A stretch of 64,000 bases of DNA from Octopus vulgaris (Eukaryota), in contig OX597827.1 in NCBI GenBank assembly GCA_951406725.2, positions 70,246,001 through 70,310,000 on the forward strand, given 5' to 3'. Position 1 is the stretch's first letter. Every line of letters begins with the position of its first letter. This document shows positions 24,089 through 37,601 of this stretch, piece by piece. The notes beneath the pieces are model-generated. The model did not search any database and was not told the DNA's origin. It saw only the letters and a list, made by a program, of their open reading frames with translations. The position numbers and the translations under genes were made by a program.

Positions 24089-24809
24089 ATTAGGTGAAAC
24101 CAACTTCACCGTAATATTTCACCAATCTCTCACCATCACCACCGAAATAGAAATATTAAATGTGTCACTTGAGATACAAAACACAGAGAACCAGCCCAAT
24201 CAATGGCTTCTAATTATGATGACTTTAGAAAAGAGAACTGATGAAAGCCATTCTGTAGATTAATACATTTTTAAGTGAGTGAAACAGAAATACAGTTTCG
24301 TAGGACAAGCTCTACTTCTTCGGCATGCTAAGCTGTTCCAGTGAGAAGCACTCAAAGAGTTAAGTAATAGAATCTGTTTCGATATATTTATACATTCTAC
24401 AGAATAGGTCAGAATAAACATATGTTGCATAATTATAATGTTTTTGACAACACTAAAACTAGGTCATCATATTCTATATAATAATTCACCTTTTGCAGTT
24501 TCTTTTTCTTTTCTTTCTCAGCTTGCTTCCTTTCGTTCTCACTTTCATGTAACGTTACATCTAAATCATATTAGATGGGTACCTTTCACGGCATTGAGTG
24601 GAAATAAAGGACCCAATTACTGGTCAATCTGCTGAATTTGAGTCATGGTAATTCTGCATAAATTGTCTTATTTCAAACATAATATAACCATTGTGCTTGA
24701 AATAAGACATTGTATTTCAACAGCCCAATATAAAATAACACACACACACACACATATGTGTGCATATGTGTATGTGTGCATGTGTATATATATATAAATA
24801 TATATATAT

Positions 24810-25155
24810 ATCATCATCATTTAACGTCCGTTTTCCATGCTAGCATGGGTTGGATGGTTTTGAGTGAGGGCTGGCGAACCAGATGGCTGCACCAGGCTCC
24901 AGTCTTGATCTGGCAGAGTTTCTACAGCTGGATGCCCTTCCTAACGCCAACCACTCCGAGAGTGTAGTGGGTGCTTTTTACGTGCCACCTGCACGGGGGC
25001 CAGTCAGGCGGTACTGGCAATGACCTCGCTCAAATCTTTTTACACGTGCCCACCGGCACAGGTGCCAGTGAAGCGACGTTGGTAACCATCACGCACGAAT
25101 GGTGCCCTTTTACGTGCCACAGGTACAGAAGCCAGTTGGCTGCTCTGGCAACGAT
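24810..25155 (-). mobile_element. RTE 3' UTR fragment
   Basis: (CAT)n tail and ccatgctagcatgg stem; followed by a long (TA)n array at 25155-25320. Confidence 0.85.
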
Positions 25156-25184
25156 ATATATATAAATATATAAAATATATATAT

Positions 25185-25309
<125 letters not shown>

Positions 25310-25523
25310 TATAAAATATAAATTAGAGATAAAACCACTATTATGCAACTCAAACTGTGACAGACATAAACCAAAACATGAATAACAAATAAAATATATT
25401 TTTATAAAACATATAACTAGATCTCGAAAAGTATAAAATTGAATGATCAATATATACGTAAAAAAACAAATTTGATTTTATACTAAATTGAATTTTTCCC
25501 TGTAAGTTTGGAGTTATACTCCC

Positions 25524-25575
<52 letters not shown>

Positions 25576-26201
25576 GTTATTATTATTATATATATGCATA
25601 TGCACATACATTCATTCATATCTATTAATGTACAGTGGAAGCAATTTACTGATATCATTTGAGGATTTGAGAATAAAGCATTTTTACATAATAATAATCA
25701 ATTGATAACAATCATTATTTTAAAAAAATACAAAAACCATTATGAATGTCAATAATGAGTAGCAAAATGGAGGAAGTAATAGGAGAGATAGAGAGAGAGA
25801 GCAGAGGTGGGCATATTAGGAGAGAAAGAGTGAGATTGCGATAATTGACAGCATGTAAAACATCTAGTTGAAGCTTAAATTCCATTTTCAATAAGTTAAT
25901 CCACTCAAAAGTACAACAGCTGATGAGGAAATGAGGCAGCCTTGTTTTATGCTAGAAACATCAGCCAAATTTTCTCCAAATAACACTTACTTACAGAGAA
26001 AATGGAACGATGTCAAGGTTAATGCAGATCTAGACTGCACCAGGTTTGAACATGAGTATAGATGGTCACAGCTTGAAGGTCTGCCCCCATCAAAGCTGAC
26101 CTAGAGCTAAATGGCAACAGCTTGCACTATTGAATAATAATAACTATAACTAGTAAATCCTGTCAATAAGTAGAAAACTCTTTTCGCTATAATCTCATTC
26201 A

Positions 26202-26250
<49 letters not shown>

Positions 26251-27226
26251 CAAGAGAAAGAGGAAAAGGTGGAGAGAGTATTTTTCCAAGGTTATTACTG
26301 GAGATGGAATTGTGAATGCTTATTGTTGCTGTTGTTGAATGTTACCCTCAGCCCTGCTCCATGCCACCAATACCGAACAAGGTGTGTATGTATGGGATCT
26401 TTCTCTCGTTTCTCTTCCCACATACCCAGATGAAAGAAAGAATGTATCTTGTGTTGTGTGTGACATAGCCAAAGAAACTAACAGATAATTTACAAATGGG
26501 GTGGAAAAAAAAAAAAATAAGAACGAAACAAAACAAAACAAAACAAAACAAAACAAGGCAGCATGCTGAAAAATAAGTTCTGAGTTTTCTATAGAATAAA
26601 TGATGTATTTGACATGAATAGTTTGTATTGCAGAAAAGTCAACCTCACACATTAAGAAAAAAAAAAAATTTACATTCAAGTGGTGTCATTCAAATAATAA
26701 TTGAAAAGTACTGCAATGCAATAGTTAGTCCTTGTATTGGCTGAGAACTTGAAGCTTGAACTGTTCAGAAAGGGCAGATTTTTTTTATTCAAGGTTAAGT
26801 AGGCAATGCTTAGATTCTTGCAGAAAAAAATCATCTGGGAAAATAAAGAACCCTCATCTCTAATAGGCGACAACACACACACCCACTTGCATGCACATAC
26901 ACACACACACAGACATCACATATATAATCATATATGCACGCATATGTATACACTTTTACATATATACACTAGTGCGTGTATACTTAAATACACTGGCATA
27001 CATTTTTACACAGACTTGGTCACACACACTTAATACGTATGCACTAAACATTTTAAGCCTCGTATGTACACTACACATACACAAGCCATGTACAAATATA
27101 TACCAACATAAACTCCATTGATATAAAAAGCAAATACATATACCACACACACACACACACATACACATATATGCATATAGATAGATATGCATATATATAT
27201 ATATATATACACTCATATAGATATGC

Positions 27227-27270
<44 letters not shown>

Positions 27271-27489
27271 AACACACACACACACACACACACACAAACT
27301 CTCATAAGTGCTTTTACTCCTTAAATTTTCAGAAATAAAAACAAAAAACTAAAAAACAAGAATTAAGATGAGTTTAAAGGTCATTAAATTTTCAAGTTAT
27401 ATCTGTTTCTAAATAACATTCTGTTCCCTCCCAAAGTGACCTTCTCAACTGAAACCCTTTATTGTCTTGTATGGTGGTTATTATCAAAA

Positions 27490-27790
27490 TGTACTAGTTG
27501 TTAAGACGCATGTACTACTGATTTTAAAGGCCATATTGTCCTGGTTGAAAAGGCCTGTACTGTACTAGTTGCTATAGTTTCTGCTGAATGACTTTTAAGA
27601 CCTATATATTACTGATTGTTATAATTCATACTGTCCTGTTTGAAATAGTTTATACTTTACTGGTTGCAGTGCATACCGTGCATATCTTAGTTTATACTGT
27701 CACTGTGCTTCATATCATTCTTAGCTATCGTACTCTTCTCACTACTTGTTGTAGTTTAAACAGTAGCAATTAGTGCAGTTTATGCCATAG
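27490..27790. repeat. Degenerate minisatellite, about 24-bp unit (related units at about 28950-29015)
   Basis: Units resemble atactgtactggttgctatagttc. Confidence 0.55.
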
Positions 27791-28074
27791 TAGTAATCAT
27801 CATCATCATCATCACCATCGTTGTTGTTTTAATGTCCACTTTTCTATGCTTGCATGGGTCAGATGGAATACGCTGAGGCAGATTTTTTATGGCCATATGC
27901 CCTTCCTGTTGCCAACCCTCACCTGTTTCCAAGTAAGATAATGTTTCCCCGACACCAGACATGTAATCACAGAAGATTGGAGATAAAGGACACTGTTTGT
28001 GTGTCTGTGATATTTAGTTACAATTACCACACACTGTGTGTATATATATACACACACACACACACACATATATA

Positions 28075-28432
28075 TGCACCATGCCATACTGGCAGGAGAA
28101 CACAGTCATGGCTGTCAGACAATTTCTGCAACCACATCACACCTAACATTTGGCCACCTAACTTCCCAGTAACACCAAAGATGAATGGAAGGCAAGGATT
28201 ATAGCAGCATTCACCAACTTAAACAAAGAGACCATCCAGAAAAGTTGCAGGAGATTCCAAAGTCGTCTGGAGGCTGTGATTGAAGCCAACGGCGATTTTA
28301 TTGAATAAATTTACTATTTAGTAGTTCAAGATATTTTTATGCAGTTTTTGGCTAAATATATCTGTTAAAATGGGATGTCAGTGTTATTTTCATTTTGCGT
28401 AATTTAGACGACAGTTTATTCACCACACCCTG
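28075..28432 (+). mobile_element. Second DD37D (maT-type) fragment, 3' part
   Basis: APCHTGRRTQSWLSDNFCNHITPNIWPPNFP; collinear with 17390-17822 apart from a deletion. Confidence 0.85.
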
Positions 28433-28454
28433 TGTGTTTATATATATATATATG

Positions 28455-28773
<319 letters not shown>

Positions 28774-29149
28774 TATATATACATATATATAAGACAGGCT
28801 TCTTTCAGATTTTATCTATCAAATCCACTCATAAGGTTTTGGTCTGCCCAGGGCTATAACAGAAGACATTTACCCAAGATGTTAAGCTGTAGGACTGAAT
28901 CCAGAACCTTATGGTTGGGGAGCAAACTTCATACCACACAGCAATGCCTATAGTTGTTCTTGTAATTCATACTATACTAGTTGCTGTAATTCGTGCCTTA
29001 TTTATTCATACTGTGTCACAATGCCTGCCTAATGGGCCAGTCTCTGGTTTACTTCAAACAGATATATTTACCAAAACCTGATGCCAGGAACTTCACACAT
29101 AAAGCACCATATACTCACTTTTCTCCCCATGGTATATAGTTCACCTCCT

Positions 29150-29590
29150 AACTACATGGCTCCAGGTTGAGTCCCACTGCAGGCCACCTTTGACAAGTGT
29201 CTCCTACAGTAGCCCCATGCCAACCAAAGCCTTGGGGGTGGATTTGGTAGAGGGAAACTGAAAGAAGCTTGTCATATATATGTATATATATATACACACA
29301 CACACATATATATAGCATGGGTCATTGCCAATGCCACCTGACTGGCTCCCATGCTGGTGGCACGTAAAAAGCACCCACTACACTCACAGAGTGGTTGGCG
29401 TTAGGAAGGGCATCCAGCTGTAGAAACCTTGCCAGATCAGATTGGAGCTTTGTGCAGCCTTCCAGCTTGCCAGTCCTCAGTCAAACCATCCAACCCATGC
29501 CAGCATGGTAAGTGGATGTTAAACGACAATGATGATGAGGAAGATGATGATGAAGAGGATGATGATGACGACAATGACGACAATGATGAC
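29150..29590 (+). mobile_element. Type A SINE head followed by an RTE-type tail
   Basis: Head 29150-29280, microsatellite, RTE 3' UTR 29315-29530, (GAT)n tail. Confidence 0.7.
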
Positions 29591-29591
29591 A

Positions 29592-29636
<45 letters not shown>

Positions 29637-29807
29637 TGTGTGTGTATATATAATAACTTGCATGATATACACCTGGTAACTTACCAGTGAAACACATTCA
29701 CTTTCACAGTGTTTGTTGGGTATCTGATTAATGAGAGAGACAGAAGATGGAAGATATGAGAATGTATCTTCCGTCTTCCAGCTATCTCAATAATCAAATT
29801 TGTGTGA

Positions 29808-30200
29808 GTGTGTTTCTACAGCTGGATGGCCTTCCTAATGCCAACCACTCTGAGAGTGTAGTGGGTGCTTTTTACATGCCACCAGCATGGGAGCCAGTCA
29901 GGCGGCACTGGCATCAGCCATGTTTTGATGGTGCTTTTTACGTGCTACTGGGGCACTGGAGCCAGTTGGGGCTGGCAGTGGCCACCTCTACAATTTCCAT
30001 TTGATTATGATTTGATTTTTGATTTTGATTTTACTTGACTCAGTAGGTCCCTTCAAGCACAGCGTATTGCCCGATGATTCAAAGGTACTTTTTAAATGTA
30101 CTGGTTATGTGACACTGGTGTAGGCTATGGCTGTGATCTCACTTTACTTGCCAGGTCTTCTCAATCACAGCATATCTCCAGAGATCTAGGTCTTTCGTAC
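29808..30200 (-). mobile_element. RTE 3' UTR fragment reaching the ORF end
   Basis: Collinear with about 7795-8360. Confidence 0.75.
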
Positions 30201-30803
30201 CTATAATAGAAAGAATTATTAATAAAGAGTGAGTAAAAGGAAAATTTCACTAATATTTGGTGGTGATAGTTGGAGTAGGGTGTCTGTTAGTGAGAGAATG
30301 CATATTTTATTTGGTTCTCATGCTAAAACAATATAGATTAATTTATAGTATGTACTTCACACTAATTGTGGTTCAGTATGCTGATTGGACCATTAGAAGT
30401 TAAAAGGATAGGAGTGGAGACTGAGTGACTTTATGAAGGATGATGTGAGACATGTAATGCCGGATTGGTTGTAGCCATGTGCACAGCTCCTAACTCCTGC
30501 ATTCCGATGAACTGGGAAGAGTGGAAAGTGGATTTGCTGTTTCCTTTCCATTATTCATTTTCCATTGTAAGATCCTGTTTTTTTGCAAGTATTTTTCTGT
30601 GTAATTTGATACATTAGATATTCAAATACAGAATTTTATTATGAGTAATATTTGCATATATTTGACTGCAGAGCAATTAAGAAGAAATATTAAATTACAG
30701 TAACAATGGGGTTCAAATGGTGATCTCCTACTAGACCTTTATCTTATTAAACGAGATCCCAGAGGTGATGTGACATATGATGTTCTACTTACATCTACTT
30801 TAA

Positions 30804-30968
30804 CCCTTTAGCATTTAAACCGACCATATCCAGCCAAAGTATTCTCCCTGTTTCATGTTCAAACTGGCCAGATCCAGCCTTTCATACCTCCCCTCCAATG
30901 TTGGTCTAAAATATATATAGTCACGTAACTGAAATCTCAAGGCTACAAGATGATAATACCTGAATAAG

Positions 30969-31000
<32 letters not shown>

Positions 31001-31430
31001 GTTTAACGTCCGTTCTCCATGCTAGCATGGGTTGGACGGTTCGACCAGGGTCTGGGAAGCCAGGAGGCTGCACCAGGCTCCAGTCTGATCTGGCAGTGTT
31101 TCTACAGCTGGATGCCCTTCCTAACGCCAACCACTCTGTGAGTGTAGTGGGCGCTTTTTAGGTGCCACCGGCACAGGTACCAGGGGAGGCTGGCAACGGC
31201 CACAATCGGTTGGTGCTTTTTACATGCCACCGGCACAGAAGCCAGTCAAGGCGGCACTGGCATCCGCCATGTATGGGTGGTGCTTTTTATGTGCCACCGG
31301 CACAGGTATCACAACTACAATTTCCATCTAAAATATATAGAGTTACATAATTGAAATCTCAAGGCTACAAGATAATAATACCTAAATAAATAAGCTTTAC
31401 ATTTCATAGAATAATCTGAATGCTAAAAGG
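30804..31430. mobile_element. piggyBac-like MITE carrying a nested RTE fragment; related partial copies at about 22730-22880, 36690-36804 and 52674-52875
   Basis: TTAA|ccctttagcatt ... aatgctaaaagg|TTAA. Confidence 0.8.
30970..31326 (-). mobile_element. RTE 3' UTR insertion flanked by a direct repeat of about 63 bp
   Basis: (CAT)n tail; 30905-30967 is repeated at 31327-31389. Confidence 0.85.
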
Positions 31431-32376
31431 TTAAACCTCGTACCTCATACCTCAACTCTAAAGATGTGAGTGTTATCAGGCAGGGGTCTCCTTAACATAA
31501 TAACGTTACCATTGAACCACGTCTCTTCCTCACAATAATGTAATTTATATCCTAACAATACCCCAACGTTGTATTAATGTAGTAAAGGTAGGGCTGAACT
31601 GGAACTGTTACCATTAGTTTGTGTGAATTGGTTGTTAAATATTTAATTCTTCTGGTAATTTTTTCATAAACATTTTCAATAGAGGAAGATTTGGTATATT
31701 TTTTGCTATTTCCACTGTATTTTTGTTTTGAGAAATTTTGTTGACAGGAATTTTGTTGTGATGTTTAAAAAACATACCAAAAGTATCTTGTTTGAAATTA
31801 GTCATATTCATAGTCTACTTGTTAAACAAAGTAACTTGTTCATCAAATTTAAAAAAAAAAAAAAAAGCAAAGAAATAATATAGTTTAACCCATAACTTGT
31901 TTACATCATCATTAGCAGCAGCAGCAGCAGCATCATTTAATGTCTGTTTTCCATGCTGGCATGGGTTGGATGGTTTGATAGGGGCTGGCTAGGCCAAAGA
32001 CCACAGCAGGCTTCAGTCTGTTTTGGCAGGGTTTTTACAGCTGGATGCCCCTCTTAAAACCAGCCACCTTACAGAGTGGACTGAGTGATTTTTACATGGC
32101 ACCGGTTCCAGTGCTATGTCATTAATGCAGTGTTTTCTCTATTTGATAAGCACAGAGCTTGGTTTCTAATGACAACTATGAACCAAACTGCAAGGTCAAA
32201 CAATGATTTTAAAAAGTATTACTTATATATGGATCATCTATATTCTTCATTATAAATAAACTTATTATTCAGGACTTTATATTGATTAATTTTCACCAAC
32301 ACAGACTATCTAAGTTTCTATGAAATCTAAGAAGTCATTTAGAAACCATTACTGTAAATAATATTAAGGATCACCA

Positions 32377-32771
32377 GGCAGTGAGCTGGCAGAAATGTTA
32401 GCATGCCGGGTGAAATGCTTAGTGGTATTTTGTCTGCTGTTACGTTCTGAGTTCAAATTCCACCAAGGTCAACTTTGCCTTTCATCCTTTCGGGGACGAT
32501 AAATTAAGAACAAGTTATGCACTGGGGTTGATGTAATCGACTTAATCCTTTGTCTATCCTTGTTTGTCCTCTCTGTGTTTAGCCCCTTGTGGGTAGTAAA
32601 GAAATAGGTATTTTGTCTGTCTTTATGTTCTGAGTTCAAATTTCGCCGAGATCAACTTTGCCTTTCATCCTTTTGGGTTCGATAAATTAAGTACCAGTTT
32701 CGTACTGAGATTGATCTAATTGACTGACCCCCTCCCTAAAAATTTCAGGCCTTATGCCTAGAATAGAAAAG
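32377..32771 (+). mobile_element. Third SINE family, partially dimeric copy
   Basis: 17-bp TSD aatattaaggatcacca (32360-32376 / 32772-32788); central domain present twice. Confidence 0.9.
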
Positions 32772-33479
32772 AATATTAAGGATCACCATTGTATATAAGC
32801 ATTTATAAACACTTGTGATTATTGGTTGTGTTGGTGTGAATGCATGCATAACATTGCTTGTAGATGATGTGTGGAAGTCTTTGGGTTGGATCTTCATCAA
32901 AATTAAGAGATGTTAAGACTATGAGATTCATCAAAGGACATGAGATCCAAAGTTTATTTTCAGGTCTTGGGTATCAACATGTTTATTACTATATGCTTGG
33001 GGATGATAATGGGTCTGTTAGAAATAGAAGCCAAATCTCCCTCAAATCACTCCCCCTTTCATCTTAAAAATAAGAAAGACATACTGGAATAATGTGATTT
33101 TTGACACACTATGCTAGAGTGAAAGATTGGACGATCAGGAGTTGGACATCTTTGACCAAAAGTCTTTTGAATCAGAGCTGATTTGGGCTTAAGCAACAAC
33201 CTTGCCCTGAGTGGTAGGGGTGTAATTGCAAAGGTTCTGGGCACTGCTACTTCTATTCCAAATAAGTAACTAATGAATAAAAGACAGCTGTGCTAAATGA
33301 TAATGAAACTGGATAATGAGACAGTCCAAAGGAGTCAGGAAATCCTCCACATCACCAACTGAGCTTTTTTGAAGTTCAAGTGTTCAATCTCTTCATATTT
33401 CTATTATAATATTTTCTTTCCTGTGGAGTTGGATTTTTTCCACTGGAAATATTTTGAGGTTCAACACTCCCTTATTGTT

Positions 33480-34000
33480 GTTGCTGTCATCATTACATCA
33501 CTATTCATCATCATCATCATCATCATCATTATCATCATGAAGACCATGACAGTCCTTAGCAGCAGGGTCATCAATGACTACAATCATCACAATGATTTCT
33601 AGCTCGCACATTCGTCATCATAGTGGTCATTGTCATCAACATCTTCTTTATCATCATCACTGTCGTCATCTTGATCATCATTGTTATCATCCTTGTCATC
33701 ACTGTCGTCATCGACATCATCATCCTCATCATCATCATCCTTCTCCTCCTCCTCCTCCTCCACCACTTCATCATCATCATTATTTTCAAGGCGGGGTCTA
33801 CAGCGGAATTCTTAAGTGCTTTCATTCATAATTTCCTCATTTGTTCCGTATTCTCTACAGATTCATTCAAAGAAAATGTAAGCATGTAAGTAGTAGTGGT
33901 GGTGGTGGTGGTGGTGGTGGTGGCGACGGTGGCGATGGGGATAGTGGTGGTGGTGGTGGCAATGGTGGGGAGTCACACAAACAACAACAACACCGCCAAC
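33480..34000. repeat. (CAT)n and (GGT)n compound trinucleotide repeats
   Basis: Read directly. Confidence 0.9.
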
Positions 34001-34129
34001 AATGACGTTATCAACTATTACTTTCCGGCAGAATGTGTAAAAGAAATACTACACTGTAACTGATACCATGGTAACAGCTGTTTTGCCTGTCATTGTTTCT
34101 GTGCGAGTGTGCTTTTGTATGCGTGGTAT

Positions 34130-34190
<61 letters not shown>

Positions 34191-34415
34191 CAATGGGCAT
34201 GTATTTCTATCTGTCATAGACAAATCTCTCTGTCTCTCCAACTTCTCTCTCCCTCAATATATACACACACACACATGCATACACATATGTATGTATATGT
34301 GTATATATGTATGTATGTATATATGTAAGTATGTATGTATGTATGTATGTATGTATGTGTATATACGTACATATATACATATATATATATGAAAATGTAT
34401 GCTTGTGTGAATGTG

Positions 34416-34457
<42 letters not shown>

Positions 34458-34540
34458 TATGTGTGTATATATATGTATATATATACATATGAATGCATCT
34501 ATAAATATATACATATATGTATGTGTGTGTATATATATAT

Positions 34541-34942
34541 ACTCTTTTACTTGTTTCAGTCATTTGACTGCGGCCATGCTGGAGCACCGCCTTTAGTCGA
34601 GCAAATCGACCCCGGGACTTATTCTTTGTAAGCCCAGTACTTATTCTATCGGTCTCTTTTGCCGAACCGCTAAGTGACGGGGGACGTAAACACACCAGCA
34701 TCAGTTGTCAAGCAATGCTAGGGGGACAAACACAGACACACAAACGTATATATACACACACATATATATATACATATATACGACAGGCTTCTTTCAGTTT
34801 TACGTCTACCAAATCCACTCACAAGGCTTTGGTCAGCCCGAGGCTATAGCAGAAGACACTTGCCCAAGGTGCCACACAGTGGGACTGAACCCGGAACCAT
34901 GTGGTTGGTTAGCAAGCTACTTACCACACAGCCACTCCTGTG

Positions 34943-34945
<3 letters not shown>
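34541..34945 (-). mobile_element. Full-length young type A SINE
   Basis: Reverse complement of 2093-2505; CpGs retained. Confidence 0.92.
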
Positions 34946-34997
<52 letters not shown>

Positions 34998-35177
34998 TAT
35001 ATATATGTATCTATGTATGCATATATGTATATATGTACATATATATGTAAGCATGTATGTATATATACCTATGTATGTATGTATGTATATGTGTGTGTGT
35101 GTGTATACATACATACATACATACTTACATACATACATACATACATATAGATAGATACATAGATAGATACATAGATC

Positions 35178-35211
<34 letters not shown>

Positions 35212-35449
35212 TATCATACATCTAAACAAAAGACTGGAAAAATTTAGTATATTCTTAATTCCATGTTATGAATGTTTCATTACAGGATAGGAGTCACAAA
35301 GATAAATATCTAGTAAAACATGTATAAGACCCTCCTACCTGTAATTCTTCAGACAAACCTTTACAACTAATACAAAATTACAGTGGATGAGGGTGCAACT
35401 TACAGTATTAAGCAATAGCTTGGATTATAACCTCTTCTGTACACTATGT

Positions 35450-35580
35450 ACAGTAATGCCTTGATATATGAGTTAATTTCTTCCTGGAGACTGCTCGTAA
35501 AGTGAAAACTTATAAAGCAGAGCAATAATTTCTCATAACAGCAATATTATAAATAGTAATTCGTTCCCAGAAAAATATTT
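35450..35580. mobile_element. Tigger/pogo-like terminal fragment
   Basis: TA|cagtaatgccttgatatatgagttaatttcttcc...ctcgtaaagtgaaaact; no matching right end found. Confidence 0.4.
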
Positions 35581-35849
35581 TACATATAAAATTTATAATG
35601 TTCGTAAATAAATGGCAATAAAACAACAGTAGAATGTAAAGAATATTTTATGTAAATTAAAAAGAATGTCAAGATCATTTATTATAAAAAATATCATTAT
35701 TATAATCATTTTCTGAATCACTTTCACTCACACTAGACTCATGTGCACTATCACTTGTAGATGTGATCGTCAATTCACAAGCACTCATAGACGGACTTGT
35801 GGATTTCTTTTAAAAAACAAGTCTTGTTTGCTTAGAAGAAGCTTCTTTT

Positions 35850-36039
35850 TCGTGACGTATATTTGCCATTTAAATATGGCTAACCCCTAAGGGTGAATGC
35901 TACTGTAGTTTGTAGCCCCAGGAGGACACCTCCTCCAGCTGGCTTTAGACACACTTTCTGTGTCCTCCTGGGGCTATAAACTACAGTAGCATCTACCCTT
36001 AGGGGTTGGCCATATTTAAATGGCAAATATATGTCACGA
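35850..36039. mobile_element. Foldback element, about 80-bp arms and 30-bp spacer
   Basis: tcgtgacgtatatttgccatttaaatatggctaacccctaagggt...ggaggacac pairs with gtgtcctcc...acccttaggggttggccatatttaaatggcaaatatatgtcacga. Confidence 0.88.
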
Positions 36040-36804
36040 TGTGTTGCAGCCACTGTTTATAACTCCCTCTAAGATTTATTATAGCTTCTTTTTCGTTCTC
36101 TATAAATCTGGTTTTAAATCAGACAACAGGTTTAGCCTACTGCTCATGGTAGGCCATGGTAGGATTTGAAATCTGGATACAGAGAGTCAGAACAAATACC
36201 AAAAAGCATCCCATTCAATGCTGAAATGATTTCATCAGTTTACTGTCTTTGACTGGTATTTCAATTATTGACCCTGGAAGGATGAAAGGCAAAGTTAATC
36301 TCGGTGAGATTTGAACTCAGAATGCAGGAAGATAGAGTAACTACTACAAGGCATTTTGTCTTATTCTCTTGCAACTCTGCCAATTTGCCACCTATGTGCA
36401 AAAAGTGTGCATGTTTGTTTGGAGAGAGAAAGAGAGACAGTGGAAAAGGAGAAAGGAGAGAGAGAGGGGGGAGGAGAGAGAGAGAGAGAGAGAGAAAGAT
36501 GGAGGAAATCTGTGTAGAAAATGTGTTAATAATGGACAAGGAAAAATATTTTGGGATGGTTGATTTGAAATATCTTCAATGCATGCAAATTTTAGTAATA
36601 GTCTTACAGCCCTGTAATATATGTGATTTGGGCTTCACTCCTTTTTATTTAAATTTATTCTTTGTTTTGCTATGTAAGTTTATTTCAACCCTTTAGCATT
36701 TAATCCAGCTATATCTGCCCCGAATATTCTATTTGGCCCGGTCTTACTTCTCATACCTACCCTACAATGTCATTTTGAAAATATACAAACATATCGTCAA
36801 AATC

Positions 36805-36990
36805 GTCAGAAGGTAATGGCAAACTTCTGCTGATTCTTTCGCCACAACTTTCTCTCACTCTTTTCTCCTGCATCTTGCAGCTCACCTGCGATGGACTGGC
36901 ATCCTGTCCAGGTGGGGAACCTATACACCAAGGAAACCGGGAAACCGGACCTCATGAGCCAGGTGTGGCTCGAGAAGGAACAAGCAACAA
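36805..36990 (+). mobile_element. SINE 3' part shared with 44578-44822
   Basis: cctgcgatggactggcatcctgtccaggtgggg...gaaaccgggaaaccgg...gagaaggaac. Confidence 0.75.
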
Positions 36991-37601
36991 TCTTATCAGC
37001 ACTGGGTGTTGGTGGATCTGAGTATGAGGTCACTCTGGTTACATCTGCTCTTGCTATTTTTTCAAAGTTTCAACCAGCACTGATTCAGCAACACCAGCAA
37101 CAACAGCAGCAATAGCAGCAACATTAACAGCCACCAAAGTTGTCTACTGTTATCTACCACCACTCTTCCCTCTTTTACACTTTTCTCTATAAGTCCTGAG
37201 GTGGTCCAGATTTTCACACATATCAAGTGGTCTTTTTGTCCTGTACCACCAGTCAGATTGACCTCCTCTCTGCTGCCACTATCAAGTGCAAACTCTGAGA
37301 TATTGTTGGCTGGTCTCCAGACGACACCAGCATCAGAATGCCCACATAGACCTGACATAACCACATGGTATTACAAATAATCTCCATGCCCACGATTTGC
37401 CTGTACTGTCATACAAGGGGGATTATGAACCATCACATATCCATAGAGATGTACTTCTTCCTCCTGCACACAACAGTCAGTTCTTATAATGCGTAGCAGC
37501 CTTCTCATCTCATTTATGCACAGCTTTCTCTTGTAGAAAACCTTCCTCATAAGCCACTCATCTCTCATATTCCAGCTAACTATACACAACACCCACAGTT
37601 A

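Noticed and set aside
37120-37595. Minus-strand ORFs of 73 and 100 aa
   Set aside because: Only faint resemblance to a decayed RTE C-terminus; too weak to call as gene or element
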